This document shows, piece after piece, positions 61,382-64,000 of a DNA stretch of 64,000 bases (position 1 is the stretch's first letter; the number at the start of each line of letters is the position of its first letter). A program made the position numbers and the translations under genes. Source of the DNA: Candidatus Latescibacterota bacterium (GTDB lineage: Bacteria > Latescibacterota > UBA2968 > UBA8231); NCBI GenBank assembly GCA_965223905.1, contig CBDCXV010000002.1, positions 32,001 to 96,000 on the forward strand. Reading direction: 5' to 3'. The notes beneath the pieces are model-generated. The model was not told the origin of the DNA and did not search any database. It was given only the letters and a program-made list of their open reading frames with translations.

Positions 61382-64000
61382 ATGGCGAAACGGAAATCGA
61401 CTAAGACCGTTGAAAGTCTCCGGCACCAGGAGGCATCGCGGAAGAACATCCCCACGGCCGAGTATCAGGCGGTGATGGCGGAGGACGACCGCAATCCGAT
61501 CGAGGTCGCGTACGAGCGGCGCAACCCGGACCTCGACCCGCAGCTTGTCTGGCGCGGCAAGGACGAGCAGAACTGGTCGGACTTGGTGGTGCAGGCGCCG
61601 CCGTTGTTCATCCAGGAGAAGGTCCAACCGAAGGTGCTGATCGACGATCTTCGGCAGCGGACCAAGGAGACGGAGGCGGAGCAGGGGAACGGGGACGGCA
61701 CCCAGGCCGACCTGTTCGCCGATTTCAACGGGCTGCCGAGCGCGGACGCCCAGACGGAGTTCTACCAGCACGACGCCAACTGGTCGAACCGGATGATTCT
61801 CGGGGACAGCCTGCAGGTGATGGCGTCGCTGGCGGAGCGGGAGGGGCTGCGCGGCAAGGTGCAGTGCATCTACATCGACCCGCCCTACGGCATCAAGTTC
61901 AACTCCAACTTCCAGTGGTCAACGACCAGCCGCGACGTCAAGGACGGCAACGCCGGGCACATTACCCGCGAGCCGGAGCAGGTGAAGGCGTTCCGGGATA
62001 CGTGGCGGGACGGGATTCATTCGTACCTGACGTATCTGCGAGATCGGCTGACGGTGGCGCGGGACTTACTGACCGAAGGCGGCAGTATCTTTGTGCAGAT
62101 CGGGGATGAGAATGTGCACCGGGTGCGAGCGGCCTTGGACGAAGTTTTCGGAGACGAGAACTTCGTGTCGTTCATTACGGTGGTCAAGACGACCGGGGCG
62201 GGAAGCCCCGCAATTGGAACAAAGGTTCTAGCGTCGGTGAACGACTATGTGGCTTGGTATGCAAAGGACAAGCGACAAATAAAATATCGTCAAATCTATG
62301 AAGAACGAACCTTTGGCGGTGAGGGATCAACCCAATACAATTTGATCGAGGCCGAAGATGGTCTTGCTGTCCGCTCAATGACCAAGGAAGAAAAGGAAAA
62401 CCCGGCACTAACTCCACAAGGATGGCGGATACTTGCGCATGATAACTTCACCTCTCAAACTGGCGCTGAAACAACCCAGCAGCCGGTTGAATGGCAAGGA
62501 AGATCATATCGTCCGGGAAAGGGTGGCTGGAAAACCAACGTTCTTGGCTCATCCAGGCTGAACAAGGCAACTCGACTGCTCCCTATTGGCAATACCTTGC
62601 GCTACCGGCGGCGTTTGGATGACTTCGGGCACATCCCGATCAACAATTTCTGGATGAAATTTCGAACGAGTGGGTTTTCAGACCCGAAAGTGTATGTTGT
62701 TCAAACGAACCCAGGCATCGTCGAGCGTTGCATCCTGATGGCCACCGACCCCGGCGATCTCGTCCTCGACCCCACCTGCGGTTCCGGCACCACCGCCTAC
62801 GTCGCCGAGCAGTGGGGCCGCCGCTGGATCACCATCGACACCTCCCGCGTCGCCCTCGCGCTGGCCCGCGCCCGCATCATGGGCGCCCGCTATCCCTACT
62901 ACCTGCTCGCCGACAGCCGCGGCGGCCAGATCAAAGAAGCCGCGCTCGCCCGCAAGGCCCCCTCGGAAGCGCCCACGTACAACGACATCCGCCAGGGCTT
63001 CGTGTACGAGCGCGTGCCCCACATCACCCTGAAGTCCATCGCCAACAACGCCGAGATCGACGTGATCTGGGAGAAATTCCAGGAAACGCTGGAGCCGCTG
63101 CGGGCGGAGCTGAACGCCGCGCTCAACCGCTCCTATGAAGAATGGGAGATTCCCCGCGAGCCGGGCGACCCCTGGTCCGCCAAGGCCACCGAGGCGTGGG
63201 ACAAGCTCCAGGCCGCTCGCACGGACACCGAGAAATCCGCAGCGCTGCGCGTGTTGAACAAGGAGCTGGGCCGGAAGTACGCGCTGGAGGACGTGCCCGG
63301 CAGGCCCCGCGATCCGTGGGAACCCGGCGCGACTGATCTGCACCGCCGCTGGTGGGAACAGCGCATCGCCCGGCAGAAGGAGATCGACGCCTCCATCGCC
63401 GCCAAGGCGGACTACGAATACCTCCACGACAAGCCCTACGAAGACAACAAGAAGGTCCGCGTCGCCGGCCCCTTTTCGGTGGAAAGCCTGTCGCCGCACC
63501 GCCTGCTCGGCGTCGACGAGAACGACGAGCTCATCGACAACATCGCCGAAGCCAGCCTCGGGTACGGCGAAAAGCAGGACTTCGCCGGGATGATCCTCGA
63601 CAACCTCAAGACCTCCGGCGTGCAGCAGGCGCACAAGGAGGACCGCATCGCCTTCTCCGGGATCAGACCCTGGCCCGGCGACCTCGTCTGCGCCGAGGGA
63701 ACCTACGTCGAAGGCAACGGCGACTCCGCCCCCCAGAGACGCGCCGGCATCTTCATCGGCCCGGAGTTCGGCACCGTCTCCCGCCCCGATCTCGTGTCCG
63801 CGGTGCGCGAAGCCGCCGACGCCGACTTCGACGTGCTGGTCGCCTGCGCCTTCAACTACGACGCCCATGCCTCGGAGTTCAGCAAACTCGGCCGCGTCCC
63901 GGTCCTCAAGGCGCGCATGAACGCCGACCTCCACATGGCCGACGAACTCAAGAACACCGGCAAGGGCAACCTCTTCGTCATCTTCGGCGAACCGGACATC
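61382..64000 (+). CDS. mod: Type III R-M Mod subunit (amino-methyltransferase), runs off right edge; absent from ORF track
   Basis: MAKRKSTK...LDPQLVWRGKD...ILGDSL...IYIDPPYG; same frame later gives LVLDPTCGSGTT. Confidence 0.92.
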   Translation, partial: MAKRKSTKTVESLRHQEASRKNIPTAEYQAVMAEDDRNPIEVAYERRNPDLDPQLVWRGKDEQNWSDLVVQAPPLFIQEKVQPKVLIDDLRQRTKETEAEQGNGDGTQADLFADFNGLPSADAQTEFYQHDANWSNRMILGDSLQVMASLAEREGLRGKVQCIYIDPPYGIKFNSNFQWSTTSRDVKDGNAGHITREPEQVKAFRDTWRDGIHSYLTYLRDRLTVARDLLTEGGSIFVQIGDENVHRVRAALDEVFGDENFVSFITVVKTTGAGSPAIGTKVLASVNDYVAWYAKDKRQIKYRQIYEERTFGGEGSTQYNLIEAEDGLAVRSMTKEEKENPALTPQGWRILAHDNFTSQTGAETTQQPVEWQGRSYRPGKGGWKTNVLGSSRLNKATRLLPIGNTLRYRRRLDDFGHIPINNFWMKFRTSGFSDPKVYVVQTNPGIVERCILMATDPGDLVLDPTCGSGTTAYVAEQWGRRWITIDTSRVALALARARIMGARYPYYLLADSRGGQIKEAALARKAPSEAPTYNDIRQGFVYERVPHITLKSIANNAEIDVIWEKFQETLEPLRAELNAALNRSYEEWEIPREPGDPWSAKATEAWDKLQAARTDTEKSAALRVLNKELGRKYALEDVPGRPRDPWEPGATDLHRRWWEQRIARQKEIDASIAAKADYEYLHDKPYEDNKKVRVAGPFSVESLSPHRLLGVDENDELIDNIAEASLGYGEKQDFAGMILDNLKTSGVQQAHKEDRIAFSGIRPWPGDLVCAEGTYVEGNGDSAPQRRAGIFIGPEFGTVSRPDLVSAVREAADADFDVLVACAFNYDAHASEFSKLGRVPVLKARMNADLHMADELKNTGKGNLFVIFGEPDI

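Overview
GC-rich bacterial window. The secreted FN3/cadherin proteins, the FlgD-like C-terminal domain and the TWGxxK tails suggest a Latescibacterota/Poribacteria/Gemmatimonadota-like host-associated organism (inference only). Three zones. (1) 1-~34.4 kb: a co-oriented minus-strand array of secreted proteins. Large proteins carry different N-terminal heads (Vps62/NPP1-like, M6 metzincin, two PL14-like lyases) on shared, partly near-identical FN3/cadherin stalks. They are interspersed with six TolB-like beta-propeller genes, domain-shuffled membrane proteins, shared leader/junction cassettes, many fused remnants, an intact ISKra4-family IS, and group II intron and ISL3 fragments. A sigma-54 consensus promoter points into the array. 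(2) 34.4-48.6 kb: metabolic genes (broken uxuA, two MFS, selO, oxidoreductases, S8 peptidase, PhyH, TIM-barrel epimerase, rhodanese) plus orphan antitoxins. (3) 48.6-64 kb: a defence island with a helicase/PLD three-gene operon (Azaca-like), higA, hicAB, and a type III R-M pair. A low-GC three-gene cassette that resembles a toxin-antitoxin-chaperone module sits between res and mod. All family calls come from motif recognition by eye; no searches were run.
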